64,000 nt of DNA. It comes from an uncultured Chlamydiae bacterium (GTDB lineage: Bacteria; Chlamydiota; Chlamydiia; Chlamydiales; JAJFMA01). Of this stretch, positions 1 through 10,428 are shown one piece after another. The notes under the pieces are model-generated. The model was not told the origin of the DNA. It worked only from the letters and a program-made list of their open reading frames with translations, and did no database searches. How positions within the stretch are numbered: the stretch's first letter is position 1; the number at the start of each line of letters is the position of its first letter. The stretch lies in the NCBI GenBank assembly GCA_963713615.1, contig CAVQMM010000001.1, positions 1,920,001 through 1,984,000 on the forward strand, read 5' to 3'. A program made the translations under genes and the position numbers.

Positions 1-52
1 TCTAGCACATCGACAACAGCTGAACAGACCCTAGCGGACAAGGACAGGACCT

Positions 53-808
53 GTGATCCCTCAAGGCCTTTCTAAAAGGAAATTTTTGACTTTGACATCG
101 TTGCAACAGCACAAAAAATGTTGTCAAATCCTGCGAGCTGCATATGACAGTCTTGGAACAAAGGACCAACTGATGCAGAGCTACCAGGAAGTACTCAGTT
201 GGATGGGTCTGCCGCCCACCTCGATCCCTTGCAATCATCAGGTACTGGCTGACCGTTTTCATTGGCACCTTCAGTTCACTGGCTCTGGCTGCAAGGAGCA
301 TCGCCTATTAGTCACTCACGAGGACGCCAGCGAGGGAGAAATGCCACTTCCTATCGCCATCTACCTGGACCATATTCGCTCTGCACACAATATCGGAAGT
401 ATCATCCGCACAACCGAAGCTCTGCGCCTAGGGACAATTTATTGCTCTGAAGGCATGGCTTCGGTAGACCACAAGCAGGTACGAGATGCTGCTATGGGAA
501 GTCAGGACTGGATCGAAAGCCACGCCAATACCACCCTACAGGCTCTACCAAGACCAGTGATTTGCCTGGAAACGTCACCACAAGCTATGAGCCTACATGA
601 ATTCGTTTTCCCGACAGCTTTTACGCTAGTCCTAGGGAATGAAGAATATGGTTGCTCGAACGAGGCCCTGGCTCTGGCCGATCACATCTTGTACATTCCT
701 TTGCATGGCCGCAAAAATTCTTTGAATGTCGCTAATGCCTTCGCTATTGCAGGCGCAGAGATTCGCCGACAGCACCACCTTAATATTAATCGGAAAGATC
801 ATGGCTGA
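53..808 (+). CDS. SpoU/TrmH family RNA 2'-O-methyltransferase
   Basis: Motifs LDHIRSAHNIGSIIRT, LVLGNEEYG and SLNVANA of SPOUT methyltransferases. Confidence 0.9.
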   Translation: MIPQGLSKRKFLTLTSLQQHKKCCQILRAAYDSLGTKDQLMQSYQEVLSWMGLPPTSIPCNHQVLADRFHWHLQFTGSGCKEHRLLVTHEDASEGEMPLPIAIYLDHIRSAHNIGSIIRTTEALRLGTIYCSEGMASVDHKQVRDAAMGSQDWIESHANTTLQALPRPVICLETSPQAMSLHEFVFPTAFTLVLGNEEYGCSNEALALADHILYIPLHGRKNSLNVANAFAIAGAEIRRQHHLNINRKDHG

Positions 809-1514
809 CATACTTCAAAATGAAGATTACCCACTCGCTAAGCTTGATGACGATGATGGCGAAATCCATGTTGTCGTCTCTGAGTTAGCTATGACGACAA
901 ATTTTCGGTCGCCAACGGCTCCGCAGCCTCTGGCACTCACCGAAGATGAAAAAATCGACATCATAGCCGATCGCTTTCGCGATATCATGGAGGTGCTAGG
1001 ATTAGATCTTAATGATCCATCGCTCTGCAAAACGCCTGAGCGAGTAGCCAGGATGTATGTTCGAGAAGCTTTTGCAGGACTTAATCCTAAAAATTTCCCT
1101 TCCATTACCTTGATTGAAGATCGCTATCACAAAGACCAACGTCCCAATATGGTTTTGGTAAAAGCCAGTTTCTGTAGTTTCTGCGAGCACCATTTTGTAC
1201 CTATTCATGGAACAGCTCAAGTGGCCTATATTCCCAATGGCAAGCTCTTAGGCCTATCCAAGGTAACCCGTGTCGTGCGCTATTTCGCACGTCGCCCACA
1301 GATTCAGGAACGCCTCACAGCCCAAATTGCTGATAGCCTGGCAATGATTCTTGATACAGCGCATATCGCCGTCTCTATCAACGCTACACATGACTGCATG
1401 GTAGCCCGTGGAGTCGAAGATTCTGCCGGAGCAGCCATCACACAAGTGCTGCGTGGGGATTTTGAAGATGATGATGCGTTAAGGTTGCAGTTCTTCGAGA
1501 GTATCCGCTCCTAG
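801..1514 (+). CDS. folE: GTP cyclohydrolase I
   Basis: TPERVARMY, CEHHFVP, GLSK, RRPQIQERLT, H-C-M-RGV motifs; ATG at 801 overlaps the upstream stop. Confidence 0.93.
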   Translation: MADILQNEDYPLAKLDDDDGEIHVVVSELAMTTNFRSPTAPQPLALTEDEKIDIIADRFRDIMEVLGLDLNDPSLCKTPERVARMYVREAFAGLNPKNFPSITLIEDRYHKDQRPNMVLVKASFCSFCEHHFVPIHGTAQVAYIPNGKLLGLSKVTRVVRYFARRPQIQERLTAQIADSLAMILDTAHIAVSINATHDCMVARGVEDSAGAAITQVLRGDFEDDDALRLQFFESIRS

Positions 1515-1516
1515 GA

Positions 1517-1738
1517 TTAGGATGGCAAATACGGCTCGTTTAGCTTTTTAGGAGTAACACGGATGCACACGGATCTAGGAGGATTTAGAAGGATAGGATG
1601 GCAATACGGCTCGTTTAGCTTTTTAGGAGTAACACGGATGCACACGGATCTAGGAGGATTTAGAAGGATAGGATGGCAATACGGCTCGTTTAGCTTTTTA
1701 GGAGTAACACGGATGCACACGGATCTAGGAGGATTAGG
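1517..1738. repeat. Tandem array of ~3 x 75-bp units upstream of the GxxExxY gene
   Basis: acggctcgtt recurs at 1531, 1606 and 1681 (period 75); core ggagtaacacggatgcacacggatctaggaggatt. Confidence 0.95.
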
Positions 1739-2134
1739 ATGAAGGGAATAGAATGTGAAACGCGTAGGCTCAATCAGGAAAATTCACCAATTACACATCT
1801 GATTATTGGCTGTGCGCATCAAGTCGCTAATACCCTCGGATCTGGCTTTTTAGAATCGGTATATGAAAAAGCCCTAACCCATGAACTCAATAAAGCGGGT
1901 TTAGTGGTGGAAGCCCAACTTCGTATTCCAGTCTATTATGACGACATTATTGTTGGTAATTTTGTGGCAGATTTACTTGTTCAAGATGAGATTTTAGTCG
2001 AATTAAAGTCTGCCAAAGCCTTGGAATCCATCCACTTTACTCAATGCATCAACTATCTGAAAGCCACACGACTTAGACTCTGCCTACTTATCAATTTTGC
2101 CCCAACCGTAGAGATAAAAAGAATAACACTATAA
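1739..2134 (+). CDS. GxxExxY protein (PD-(D/E)XK nuclease superfamily)
   Basis: LGSGFLESVYEKAL signature, ADLLV...VELKS, Q..NYLKAT..L.LLINF. Confidence 0.92.
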   Translation: MKGIECETRRLNQENSPITHLIIGCAHQVANTLGSGFLESVYEKALTHELNKAGLVVEAQLRIPVYYDDIIVGNFVADLLVQDEILVELKSAKALESIHFTQCINYLKATRLRLCLLINFAPTVEIKRITL

Positions 2135-2703
2135 TCCTATTTCTGCTCGATGGATAGGCCATAACTACCATCCTATCCTCCTAAATCCTCCTAGATCCGT
2201 GTGCATCCGTGTTACTCCTAATCCTATTTCTGCTCGATGGATAGGCCATAACTACCATCCTATCCTCCTAAATCCTCCTAGATCCGTGTGCATCCGTGTT
2301 ACTCCTAATCCTATTTCTGCTCGATGGATAGGCCATAACTACCATCAGATCCTCCTAAATCCTCCTAGATCCGTGTGCATCCGTGTTACTCCTAATCCTA
2401 TTTCTGCTCGATGGATAGGCCATAACTACCATCAGATCCTCCTAAATCCTCCTAGATCCGTGTGCATCCGTGTTACTCCTAATCCTATTTCTGCTCGATG
2501 GATAGGCCATAACTACCATCAGATCCTCCTAAATCCTCCTAGATCCGTGTGCATCCGTGTTACTCCTAATCCTATTTCTGCTCGATGGATAGGCCATAAC
2601 TACCATCAGATCCTCCTAAATCCTCCTAGATCCGTGTGCATCCGTGTTACTCCTAATCCTATTTCTGCTCGATGGATAGGCCATAACTACCATCAGATCC
2701 TCT
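2132..2703. repeat. Tandem array of ~6.6 x 87-bp units downstream of the GxxExxY gene; core inverted relative to the upstream array
   Basis: taatcctatttctgctcg recurs at 2132, 2219, 2306, 2393, 2480, 2567 and 2654; contains ctagatccgtgtgcatccgtgttactcc, the reverse complement of the upstream core. Confidence 0.95.
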
Positions 2704-2726
2704 TATAGAACCGTGTGAGAAAAAAA

Positions 2727-3102
2727 TCTGGGAGGACGTTAAGCCGGATTCTGTCAATCGAGTTCTAAGACCCGATGAGCAATCATTCGTCTAGGGATCC
2801 CGTCACCGAAATCCTCAAGCGACACGTTGGGGCTCTGTGGAGCACAGGAGAACGCCCCGGCTTGTCTTGCCTCGGATAGGGTTTATAACGCCTTGGGTCG
2901 CCCCAAGTGCGGCACCGCCCCTTAGGCGGGCATTTCACCCTGTCTAGCAGATCAAAGACCTACTAGCGGTGTATTTTCTGTTACACTTTCCGTAGCCTTG
3001 CGGCCCCCAGTCTTTCACTGGTATCCGCTCCTATGAGGTCCAGACTTTCCTCTCCCCTACCCTGCAAGCAGGAATAGGGCAGCGATTGCTTGTCCTCCCA
3101 GA
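2727..3102 (-). ncRNA. rnpB: RNase P RNA
   Basis: Minus strand has GAGGAAAGTCTGGAC near the 5' end and ACAGAATCCGGCTTA near the 3' end; P1 helix tctgggaggac/gtcctcccaga closes the ends. Confidence 0.95.
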
Positions 3103-3113
3103 AAACTTTGCAG

Positions 3114-3884
3114 TTATGTCGCTTTAACAGAACGGCGGCGGCGCTGACGTTGGCCTGTAACACGACCTTCCATGGCCTCACTTTCAGACCAATAGAGGAT
3201 GCGTGAACAGTGCTCGCAAAAGACCAAACGCTCTCCTTTTCGCACCATATTCTCGTCCTGCGCCGTGAGTACGATGTGACAACCACTGCAGGAGCGGTTT
3301 TCGATCGGTACCACAACACGACTTCTTTTATTGCGTAAGAGACGCTCATAGATTTGAAAAAGTTCAGGCTCAGCCTTAGTAGCAAGCCCATCGCGCTGCT
3401 TTTTCAACTGAGTGCCTTCTTCATTGATGTGGCGAATGCTATCGTGAATTTCCTGCTCTAGCTCTTTGGAGCTGGCAATCGTCTGATCTAGACTTTCCTT
3501 GAGGCTCTTGTGAAGCTCCTCCTCAGTAGCCAGTTTATCATAAAAATCGCTAAGGCGCAGCTCCTTCGCAGATTTTTCCCTCTCGAGAGTAGAAATCTCC
3601 TGCGTAGAAGCATTGAATTCTTCAGCTTTGCGTAGCGACCCTTGCTGCCCTTCGAGTTTTTTGATGTTCCCAACGACTTCTTGGACATCACCTTCATCCA
3701 AACGAATCGTCTTTTTGAGTTCAATGACCTCATTTTCTTTGAGGAGAACCTTACGCTGAAGATCCTTTTTGATCGACGCGATGTTGTTGAGTTCCTTCTG
3801 ACGTTCCTTTTTCAGGCGCATCAGACGGATCATCTGCATGTCAATCTCTTGAATATCGAGAACAAGTTTGAGAGCTTCTTGCAT
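3114..3884 (-). CDS. Coiled-coil C4 zinc-ribbon protein (CT398/CdsZ-like)
   Basis: Long coiled coil plus CSGCH...CEHCSRILYW; N-terminus IQEIDMQMIRLMRLKKE typical of the chlamydial protein. Confidence 0.88.
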   Translation of the reverse strand: MQEALKLVLDIQEIDMQMIRLMRLKKERQKELNNIASIKKDLQRKVLLKENEVIELKKTIRLDEGDVQEVVGNIKKLEGQQGSLRKAEEFNASTQEISTLEREKSAKELRLSDFYDKLATEEELHKSLKESLDQTIASSKELEQEIHDSIRHINEEGTQLKKQRDGLATKAEPELFQIYERLLRNKRSRVVVPIENRSCSGCHIVLTAQDENMVRKGERLVFCEHCSRILYWSESEAMEGRVTGQRQRRRRSVKAT

Positions 3885-4049
3885 TGGTTGGTCCTAATCT
3901 TAGAAGTATTCCAAGGTAAAACGTTAGCCCTTCTCCCCTTATTACTCAAGAAAAAATGTCTCGAAGGGCTTATGTTCGTTAGAATTTATATTGACAGGTG
4001 TCAAGCGATCGAAATACAACGTTGCCAGAGATGTTTATATGGAGATTTG

Positions 4050-4424
4050 ATGATGCCCATAAAAAGAGCTTTAGAAGCTACTAACAAAGAAATTTCTAAA
4101 GGCGAATGCAAGAGTCCCACCAAAGTATGGCCCGGACAAGCACCTTCGTCAGCGACCGCCTGTACCAAAGGCAAGACTCGAATTACGGTAAAGTATGATG
4201 TGGGGTTTCCCAATACCTTATACCTCCGCGGTGAGGGCCCATCACTTAGCTGGCATCACGGCGTCAAGTTGCGAAATGTTAAGCCCGACGAATGGGTTTG
4301 GGAAACGGATCAGCCATTTCCAGCAGGCGAGTTTAAGGTGTTGATCAATGATACAACATATGAAAAAGGCGTTAACCACAAGTTGATCCCTGGCGCCAAT
4401 GTTGTCTACACTCCAAGCTTTTAA
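4050..4424 (+). CDS. Small protein with a CBM20/starch-binding-like C-terminal domain
   Basis: YDVGFPNTLYLRGEGPSLSW...WVWET...FKVLIND; start inferred from GGAG before the ATG. Confidence 0.6.
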   Translation: MMPIKRALEATNKEISKGECKSPTKVWPGQAPSSATACTKGKTRITVKYDVGFPNTLYLRGEGPSLSWHHGVKLRNVKPDEWVWETDQPFPAGEFKVLINDTTYEKGVNHKLIPGANVVYTPSF

Positions 4425-4442
4425 AGGTTCACGATATCCTAT

Positions 4443-5606
4443 ATGATTGATAAAATAGCTGCCAGTCAGTCCCTTCTCGAAGGTCATAAGCGGTTGTCTC
4501 AACCAGGACAAGAGGCGCTCTGCTTTGTAGGATTTGATGGTTTCACTGACGAAATCATCCGTGTGGTCGACCAACGCCTAGATGTCCATACCTTTGAGCC
4601 CATGTATACGATTGCTGACTTTGGTAAGCGCATCCTTGCCGCTTCGGGTAAGAGCTGCAACATTGAGCTGGTCCCCACCGAAACACGTTTAGGGGGCAAT
4701 GCTCCGATTCTTGCTAAAGCTCTGCTAGAGGGTGGTCACCGCATTGTTTTTGCTGGCGCCATCGGGCAGGAGGGGCACGTCGAACCTATTTTTCAGCCCT
4801 TCGCCTCGGCCTGTGAAAAAGTCTATGCGCTAGGCCCCAGCGGCCACACCGATGCCCTGGAATTTTACGATGGTAAAGTCTTATTAGGTAAAATTGGGGT
4901 CCTCGCAGAGGTGTCCTATGAAGCCCTAATCGCTCAGATTCCAGAGGATGAGCTCGTCAACCTCTTGGATCGCGTCGACCTCTTCGTTAGCGCTAACTGG
5001 ACAATGTTACCAAAAATGAATGAGATGTGGCAAAACATCCTCGAGCGCATCATTCCCCGTTGTTCGTCTCGGCCAGAGGAAAAACCACGCTGGCTGTTCG
5101 TTGACTTGGCTGATACAGCAAAACGTTCTTCTAAAGACTTGCTGCAAGCGTTGCATATACTGCCCAAGTTTCAACCTATCTTCCGCGTTGTCTTGGGTCT
5201 GAACCATTCTGAAGCACAACAGGTTTATCATGCACTCATCGGTCCACCACCCAGTCCAGGACCTGAGCATGTCAATGTCATGGCTAAAGGAATCCGCAAT
5301 AAAACGGGCTTGAACCAGGTCGTGGTGCATGCTAAGAGATACACTGTGGCAGCTACAGAAGCAGGAACCATCAAAATAGAAGGTCCCTACTGTGCTGAGC
5401 CCAAAATCACCACCGGCGCAGGTGATCATTTCAATGCGGGATATTGCAATGGCTTACTCTATGGTCTGAATACAGAATCCTGTTTACTGGCTGGGGTAGC
5501 ATCAGCGGGGTACTACGTCCGAACAGCCAAAAGCCCGTCTATGGCTGATCTTGCGACCTTTTTGGAAAAATGGCATCGGTTAGGTGCATCATTAGATCTT
5601 TCATGA
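4443..5606 (+). CDS. PfkB/ribokinase-family carbohydrate kinase
   Basis: GGNA motif and TTGAGDHFNAG signature. Confidence 0.85.
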   Translation: MIDKIAASQSLLEGHKRLSQPGQEALCFVGFDGFTDEIIRVVDQRLDVHTFEPMYTIADFGKRILAASGKSCNIELVPTETRLGGNAPILAKALLEGGHRIVFAGAIGQEGHVEPIFQPFASACEKVYALGPSGHTDALEFYDGKVLLGKIGVLAEVSYEALIAQIPEDELVNLLDRVDLFVSANWTMLPKMNEMWQNILERIIPRCSSRPEEKPRWLFVDLADTAKRSSKDLLQALHILPKFQPIFRVVLGLNHSEAQQVYHALIGPPPSPGPEHVNVMAKGIRNKTGLNQVVVHAKRYTVAATEAGTIKIEGPYCAEPKITTGAGDHFNAGYCNGLLYGLNTESCLLAGVASAGYYVRTAKSPSMADLATFLEKWHRLGASLDLS

Positions 5607-5692
5607 TGTGGTGTAAAACTTTTCTAGACAAAAAAAGCATCTCATGTTTTGGTGGCTATAGTATCTCTTTTTTTTCTGGGAGGCTCTTTTTT

Positions 5693-7018
5693 ATGAAAAA
5701 GTTTGGCTTAACATGTCTTACCGGCCTGGCCCTTCTTGGATTGGTCAACGAGGCTGAAGCCCGTGTGGGCACATGGGATGTGGGATATGGTACTAAATCA
5801 CGAGGCATGGGCGGTGTGGCTGTCGCATTGGCTCAAGACTCTATGGTGGGTGCTACAAACCCTGCTGGTGTGGGTTGGATCGGTGATAGGCTCGATTTGG
5901 GCGCGCAGATGTTATCTGCACCTCGAATCTACTCTTACAGCAACCCCGACTTCAGCAGTCCTTTTTTTGGTGGTACTCTGCCCTCACAAGGAAAATTTCG
6001 CGCGTATCCTGAAATTTTCGTCCTTCCTGAAGCAGGGATCACCCAATGGATTGACGACGATAGTCTGTGGGGCGCTGCTCTCTATACCGGCGGCGGCGAG
6101 AGCATGTATAAGCGCAATAACCCCATCGCCTCTTTGTATGGCACAAAACCTTTGTCGCAAAAGCTCGGCATCCAGCTGGATCAGTACTTCCTGGCCTTAA
6201 GCTATGCTCGCTGGATTACACCTTGGCAATCCGTGGGTCTTTCGCTGGTTACCTGCGCACAGTGGGTAAACATTCGCGGACTCCACGCTTTTGATAATGC
6301 CTTTGCATCTGCCTCTCCACATCATGTGACCAACCGTGGCCGTGATTGGGCTGGTGGCGCGGCGCTTCGCTTTGGCTACCTGGGTGAAATTTGGGATGGC
6401 GTAACACTCGGCGCATCCTACACCACACGCACAGCAATGACGCGTTTTAAGAAATATAAGGGTATTATTACCGACAATGGTCGCCTAGAAGTTCCTGCTA
6501 CCTTAGCCGCAGGCGTAACATGGGATTGGTTGCCCTGCAGCGAGATTAGCTTTGAATGGAACCGTCTTTTCTACAGAGACATTCCTGTATGGCATAACAG
6601 CATTAATAATTTCGTCTTCGCCGGTGGTACACAGCTAGCTGGTACTAAAAATGGCCCTGGCTTCGGTTGGAAAAACATCGACGTCTATAAAGTCGGTGCC
6701 GACTACGAATGGGATTGCAGCTGGAAGTTCCGCGGTGGCTACTGCCTATCGCAAGTGCCTTATAAAAAGACTGAGCTCGACGTAAATATTTTGACACAGA
6801 ATATGGCCCGTCATCATATCACCTTGGGCTTAACCTATCGCATTGGTGAATGTTCTGAGTTGGACATCGCCTATTTCCATATGTTCCGCACAAGCCTGAC
6901 AGGACCTTCTCAGCTCACTGTGCCCACAGGCGAGCCTGGAGAAGCGTTGGGCCTAGGTACTGTAACACAGAGAATGTATCAAGACTCTGTTTCAGTGAAC
7001 TATGGATGCACCTGGTAA
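5693..7018 (+). CDS. FadL/OmpP1-type outer-membrane transporter
   Basis: Signal peptide, GMGG..A...NPAG motif, beta-barrel pattern, terminal aromatic residue. Confidence 0.85.
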   Translation: MKKFGLTCLTGLALLGLVNEAEARVGTWDVGYGTKSRGMGGVAVALAQDSMVGATNPAGVGWIGDRLDLGAQMLSAPRIYSYSNPDFSSPFFGGTLPSQGKFRAYPEIFVLPEAGITQWIDDDSLWGAALYTGGGESMYKRNNPIASLYGTKPLSQKLGIQLDQYFLALSYARWITPWQSVGLSLVTCAQWVNIRGLHAFDNAFASASPHHVTNRGRDWAGGAALRFGYLGEIWDGVTLGASYTTRTAMTRFKKYKGIITDNGRLEVPATLAAGVTWDWLPCSEISFEWNRLFYRDIPVWHNSINNFVFAGGTQLAGTKNGPGFGWKNIDVYKVGADYEWDCSWKFRGGYCLSQVPYKKTELDVNILTQNMARHHITLGLTYRIGECSELDIAYFHMFRTSLTGPSQLTVPTGEPGEALGLGTVTQRMYQDSVSVNYGCTW

Positions 7019-7041
7019 CAGCTGCAATCGCTTCGTACAAT

Positions 7042-7075
7042 AAAAGCCGTTGGAATGACTTCCAACGGCTTTTTT
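7042..7075 (+). terminator. Intrinsic (possibly bidirectional) terminator
   Basis: aaaagccgttggaa-tgac-ttccaacggctttttt hairpin with U-tract. Confidence 0.85.
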
Positions 7076-7148
7076 ATTTCCCATCGACATCCAGTTGCCC
7101 TTAATTGCCATGATCGTTCAATATATCTGGCAACTCAGCGAGGTACCC

Positions 7149-8624
7149 ATGCGCTTTTTGAATGATTATCTAAAAAAAACACCCGAAGACCAGCGCAATT
7201 CGGCGGCCATCGCCTACCTGGCGACCTTAGATTATCTTGAGGTAGAATCGCCAGTCATCGCTGGTGCTATCGAACAAGAGCTGCGCGACCAACGCTCATA
7301 CCTCAAACTGATAGCCTCTGAAAATTATTCTTCCTTGGCTGTTCAGCTGGCTATGGGCAATTTGCTCACTGATAAGTACGCCGAAGGCTATGTTCAACAT
7401 CGCTTTTATGCAGGTTGCGATAATGTTGACACGGTCGAGGCCGAAGCTAACAAACAACTCATAGAGCTTTACGGCTGTGATCATGCCTACGCTCAGCCAC
7501 ACTCCGGGGCCGATGCCAACCTTGTAGCATTCTGGGCTATCCTCACCCAACGCATTCAAACGCCCGAAGTCGAACGCCTAGGCAAAAAAAGCCTCGATGA
7601 CCTCAGTGACGACGAATATGAAGCCATGCGTCAGCTTCTAGTCAACCAAAAGGTGATGGGGCTCTCCCTGAACTCGGGCGGCCACCTGACTCATGGGTAC
7701 CGTCACAATATTTCCTCTAAAATCATGCGAGCGGTGACCTATGATGTCGACCGACAAACAGGCTTGCTAAACTACGATGCCATCGCCGAAAAAGCTCGCC
7801 ATGAACGTCCAACTATCCTATTGGCAGGATATTCCGCCTATCCCAGAAAGATCAACTTCGCCAAAATGCGCGAAATCGCCGATAGCATCGGTGCTGTCTT
7901 TATGGTCGACATGGCGCATTTTGCCGGCTTAGTGGCTGGAAAGGTTTTCACCGGAGAGTATAATCCGGTTCCCTATGCACATATTATTACGTCGACCTCG
8001 CATAAGACCTTGCGTGGGCCGCGCGGTGGCTTTGTCCTGTGTACGTCCGAGTTTTCCGAAGCTGTTGACAAGGGTTGTCCTTTAGTCTTGGGAGGTCCCC
8101 TCCCTCACGTCATGGCCGCCAAGGCTGTAGCCTTTCAAGAAGCTAACACCGCTGCCTTCCAAGAGTACGCTCACGACATTGTCGATAATGCAAGCACTCT
8201 CGCTGATGAGCTCACTAGCTTGGGTGAACGGGTCCTTACGGGTGGAACTGAAAATCACCTCATCGTGTTCGATGTATCCCGATTTGGTATCACCGGACGT
8301 CAAGCAGAACAAGCCCTGCGCGATGCGCATATCAATGTTAACCGCAATGCTATCCCCTTTGACCAAAATGGTCCTTGGTACACTTCCGGAGTGCGCATCG
8401 GCACGCCAGCAGCGACAACTCTAGGGATGGGAAAAGAGCAGATGAAAGAAATTGCCCGCGTGCTTGTAGAAATTCTGTCTCATACGCATCCAACAATGAC
8501 TTCAGCGGGAGAGCCAAGCAAAGCCAAATATACAATTGATAAACAAGTGCTAGAGGGCTGTAAAGGCCAAATCCATGACTTATTAGGTCAATATCCTTTG
8601 TATCCAGAAATCGATATTCACTGA
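7149..8624 (+). CDS. glyA: Serine hydroxymethyltransferase (long chlamydial type)
   Basis: LIASENY, DKYAEGY, GGHLTHG, SHKTLRGPRGG. Confidence 0.97.
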   Translation: MRFLNDYLKKTPEDQRNSAAIAYLATLDYLEVESPVIAGAIEQELRDQRSYLKLIASENYSSLAVQLAMGNLLTDKYAEGYVQHRFYAGCDNVDTVEAEANKQLIELYGCDHAYAQPHSGADANLVAFWAILTQRIQTPEVERLGKKSLDDLSDDEYEAMRQLLVNQKVMGLSLNSGGHLTHGYRHNISSKIMRAVTYDVDRQTGLLNYDAIAEKARHERPTILLAGYSAYPRKINFAKMREIADSIGAVFMVDMAHFAGLVAGKVFTGEYNPVPYAHIITSTSHKTLRGPRGGFVLCTSEFSEAVDKGCPLVLGGPLPHVMAAKAVAFQEANTAAFQEYAHDIVDNASTLADELTSLGERVLTGGTENHLIVFDVSRFGITGRQAEQALRDAHINVNRNAIPFDQNGPWYTSGVRIGTPAATTLGMGKEQMKEIARVLVEILSHTHPTMTSAGEPSKAKYTIDKQVLEGCKGQIHDLLGQYPLYPEIDIH

Positions 8625-8704
8625 TATCTCTGGATTTTGCGTGCCTTTACAATGCCATTTGGTGTATTTTGTGGTTATAAACGACTCTAGAATCGGAGGT
8701 CCAA

Positions 8705-9310
8705 ATGGAAGATGACGAGGACAAAGCACCAGTTCATAAAACCTATGACAAGATCGAGCAAACGATCCTCGGTGCACGCCGCATTTTTATGTGCAATGCT
8801 TTCGATGAGGAAAGCGCTAATCAAGTCATTAATAAGCTTTGGTACCTTGACATCAAGGAACCTGGCAAACCGATCCTTCTGGTCATCAATAGTCCAGGTG
8901 GCTCGGTAGATGCTGGCTTTGCCATTTGGGATCAAATCCATATGATCAAGTCGCCAGTAACGACTCTTGTTACTGGGTTGGCGGCTTCGTTTGGATCCGT
9001 TTTGGGTATTGCGGCCCCCCCAGGACGCCGTTATTGCACCCCAAATGCACGCATTATGATTCACTCCCCATTGCTATCGGGGGTAATGCAAGGCCAAGCG
9101 ACTGACCTTGAAATTCAGGCGAGAGAAATTCTGCGCACACGCGATATCCTCATCGATCTCTATGTAAAGGCAACTGGTAAGTCACGTGATGCGATTGAAA
9201 AAGCAATCAATCGTAATACATGGATGTCCGCTGAGGAAGCCCTGGAATTTGGTGTTATCGATAAGATCGTGACGTCGTTCGAAGAGGTTAACAAGCTCCT
9301 CGCCAAATGA
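8705..9310 (+). CDS. clpP: ATP-dependent Clp protease proteolytic subunit (ClpP1-like)
   Basis: [21 protein letters not shown]; synteny glyA-clpP-dapF. Confidence 0.95.
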   Translation: MEDDEDKAPVHKTYDKIEQTILGARRIFMCNAFDEESANQVINKLWYLDIKEPGKPILLVINSPGGSVDAGFAIWDQIHMIKSPVTTLVTGLAASFGSVLGIAAPPGRRYCTPNARIMIHSPLLSGVMQGQATDLEIQAREILRTRDILIDLYVKATGKSRDAIEKAINRNTWMSAEEALEFGVIDKIVTSFEEVNKLLAK

Positions 9311-10185
9311 TTTCTATCCCTTTCTCAAAGTATTCAGGCTGCGGTAACGACTTTGTCCTAGTCGATAACCGCAGTTCTTTTTTTCCTGTCCATGAGATCT
9401 CATACATTCGCCATCTTTGCGATCGCCGTGAAGGTATCGGTACCGACGGGGTGATCTTACTCGAGAAGTCTTCCAAAGCCGATTTCCGGATGCGCATCTT
9501 CAATGCCGATGGCAGCGAAGCGGAAATGTGTGGCAATGGCATCCGATGTCTTATGATTTTTATTCAAAAGCTTCATCCAGCAATCCACCACTGTACTGTT
9601 CAAACAACTGATCGAGTCATTCCTTTGGAATTGGTCGGTAATCTGGTTAAGGCTGCTGTTGGAGACCCTACGGACCTTCGATGGAGCCTTGAAGCCATCG
9701 TAGATACCATTCCAATCACGTTGCATTCGTTAAACACCGGTGTGCCCCATTGTGTTGTTTTTGTCCCCAGTATCGAGTCTTATGACCTCATGAATATAGG
9801 TCCAAAGCTACGTCACAACCCATTATTCGGTTCCCAAGGCACCAACGTGAATGTTGCCCTGCCCGTCGAAGGACGCATCTACTATCGAACCTATGAACGT
9901 GGTGTAGAAGATGAAACGCCAGCATGCGGCACGGGAGCCGTTGCTGTAGCCCTCGCAGCAGCCCATCAGCTACAATGGCCTTCTCCCATCTCCGTACAGA
10001 CATCTAGCAAACAGGAACTCCTTATCGAATTTAGGCAGCACGATAAGACCTATACCGATGTCACTCTGACAGGTCCGGCAACACATTCTTTTGATGGCAC
10101 TATTATATACCACACGCGGGTAGGTTTTGCACATTCGACTAGCGCGAAAGCTCCAGCGGTTGAACGATCGCAAGTGGGTCCATAA
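9307..10185 (+). CDS. dapF: Diaminopimelate epimerase
   Basis: [31 protein letters not shown]. Confidence 0.95.
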   Translation: MISIPFSKYSGCGNDFVLVDNRSSFFPVHEISYIRHLCDRREGIGTDGVILLEKSSKADFRMRIFNADGSEAEMCGNGIRCLMIFIQKLHPAIHHCTVQTTDRVIPLELVGNLVKAAVGDPTDLRWSLEAIVDTIPITLHSLNTGVPHCVVFVPSIESYDLMNIGPKLRHNPLFGSQGTNVNVALPVEGRIYYRTYERGVEDETPACGTGAVAVALAAAHQLQWPSPISVQTSSKQELLIEFRQHDKTYTDVTLTGPATHSFDGTIIYHTRVGFAHSTSAKAPAVERSQVGP

Positions 10186-10268
10186 TGAAATAGAGTTGAA
10201 TCAGGTTCGCCTCAAATTCTCTCCATTCCTACCCCATTTCACATTAAGCATATTGTCAGCCCTATTTG

Positions 10269-10428
10269 GGCCTTATTCACCTTTGCGGTCAGTTTTCGGT
10301 CGACTGCAAAAGGATCGTCTGTCGCGTTTTGCTCCTCGGACATAGCTGGCGCTATGCCCTCGTCACAAACCACGACATCCGACCTTTTTCGTCCGACCGA
10401 AATTCTGACCGTAAAGGTGAACAAGGCC
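10269..10428. mobile_element. 160-bp palindromic MITE, copy 1 (GGCCTT ends, 8-bp TSD cctatttg)
   Basis: Terminal IRs ggccttattcaccttt/aaaggtgaacaaggcc; direct repeat at 10261-10268 and 10429-10436; same element at 17416 and 43401. Confidence 0.9.

Noticed and set aside
2132..2703. CRISPR array
   Set aside because: The segments between cores are identical rather than unique spacers, and no cas genes are in the window
2199..2708. 169-aa repeat protein (and the 67-aa ORF at 1517-1720)
   Set aside because: Open frames arise because the unit lengths (87 and 75 bp) are multiples of 3; no convincing RBS or start
2981..3391. 136-aa minus-strand ORF
   Set aside because: Overlaps rnpB and the zinc-ribbon gene in another frame
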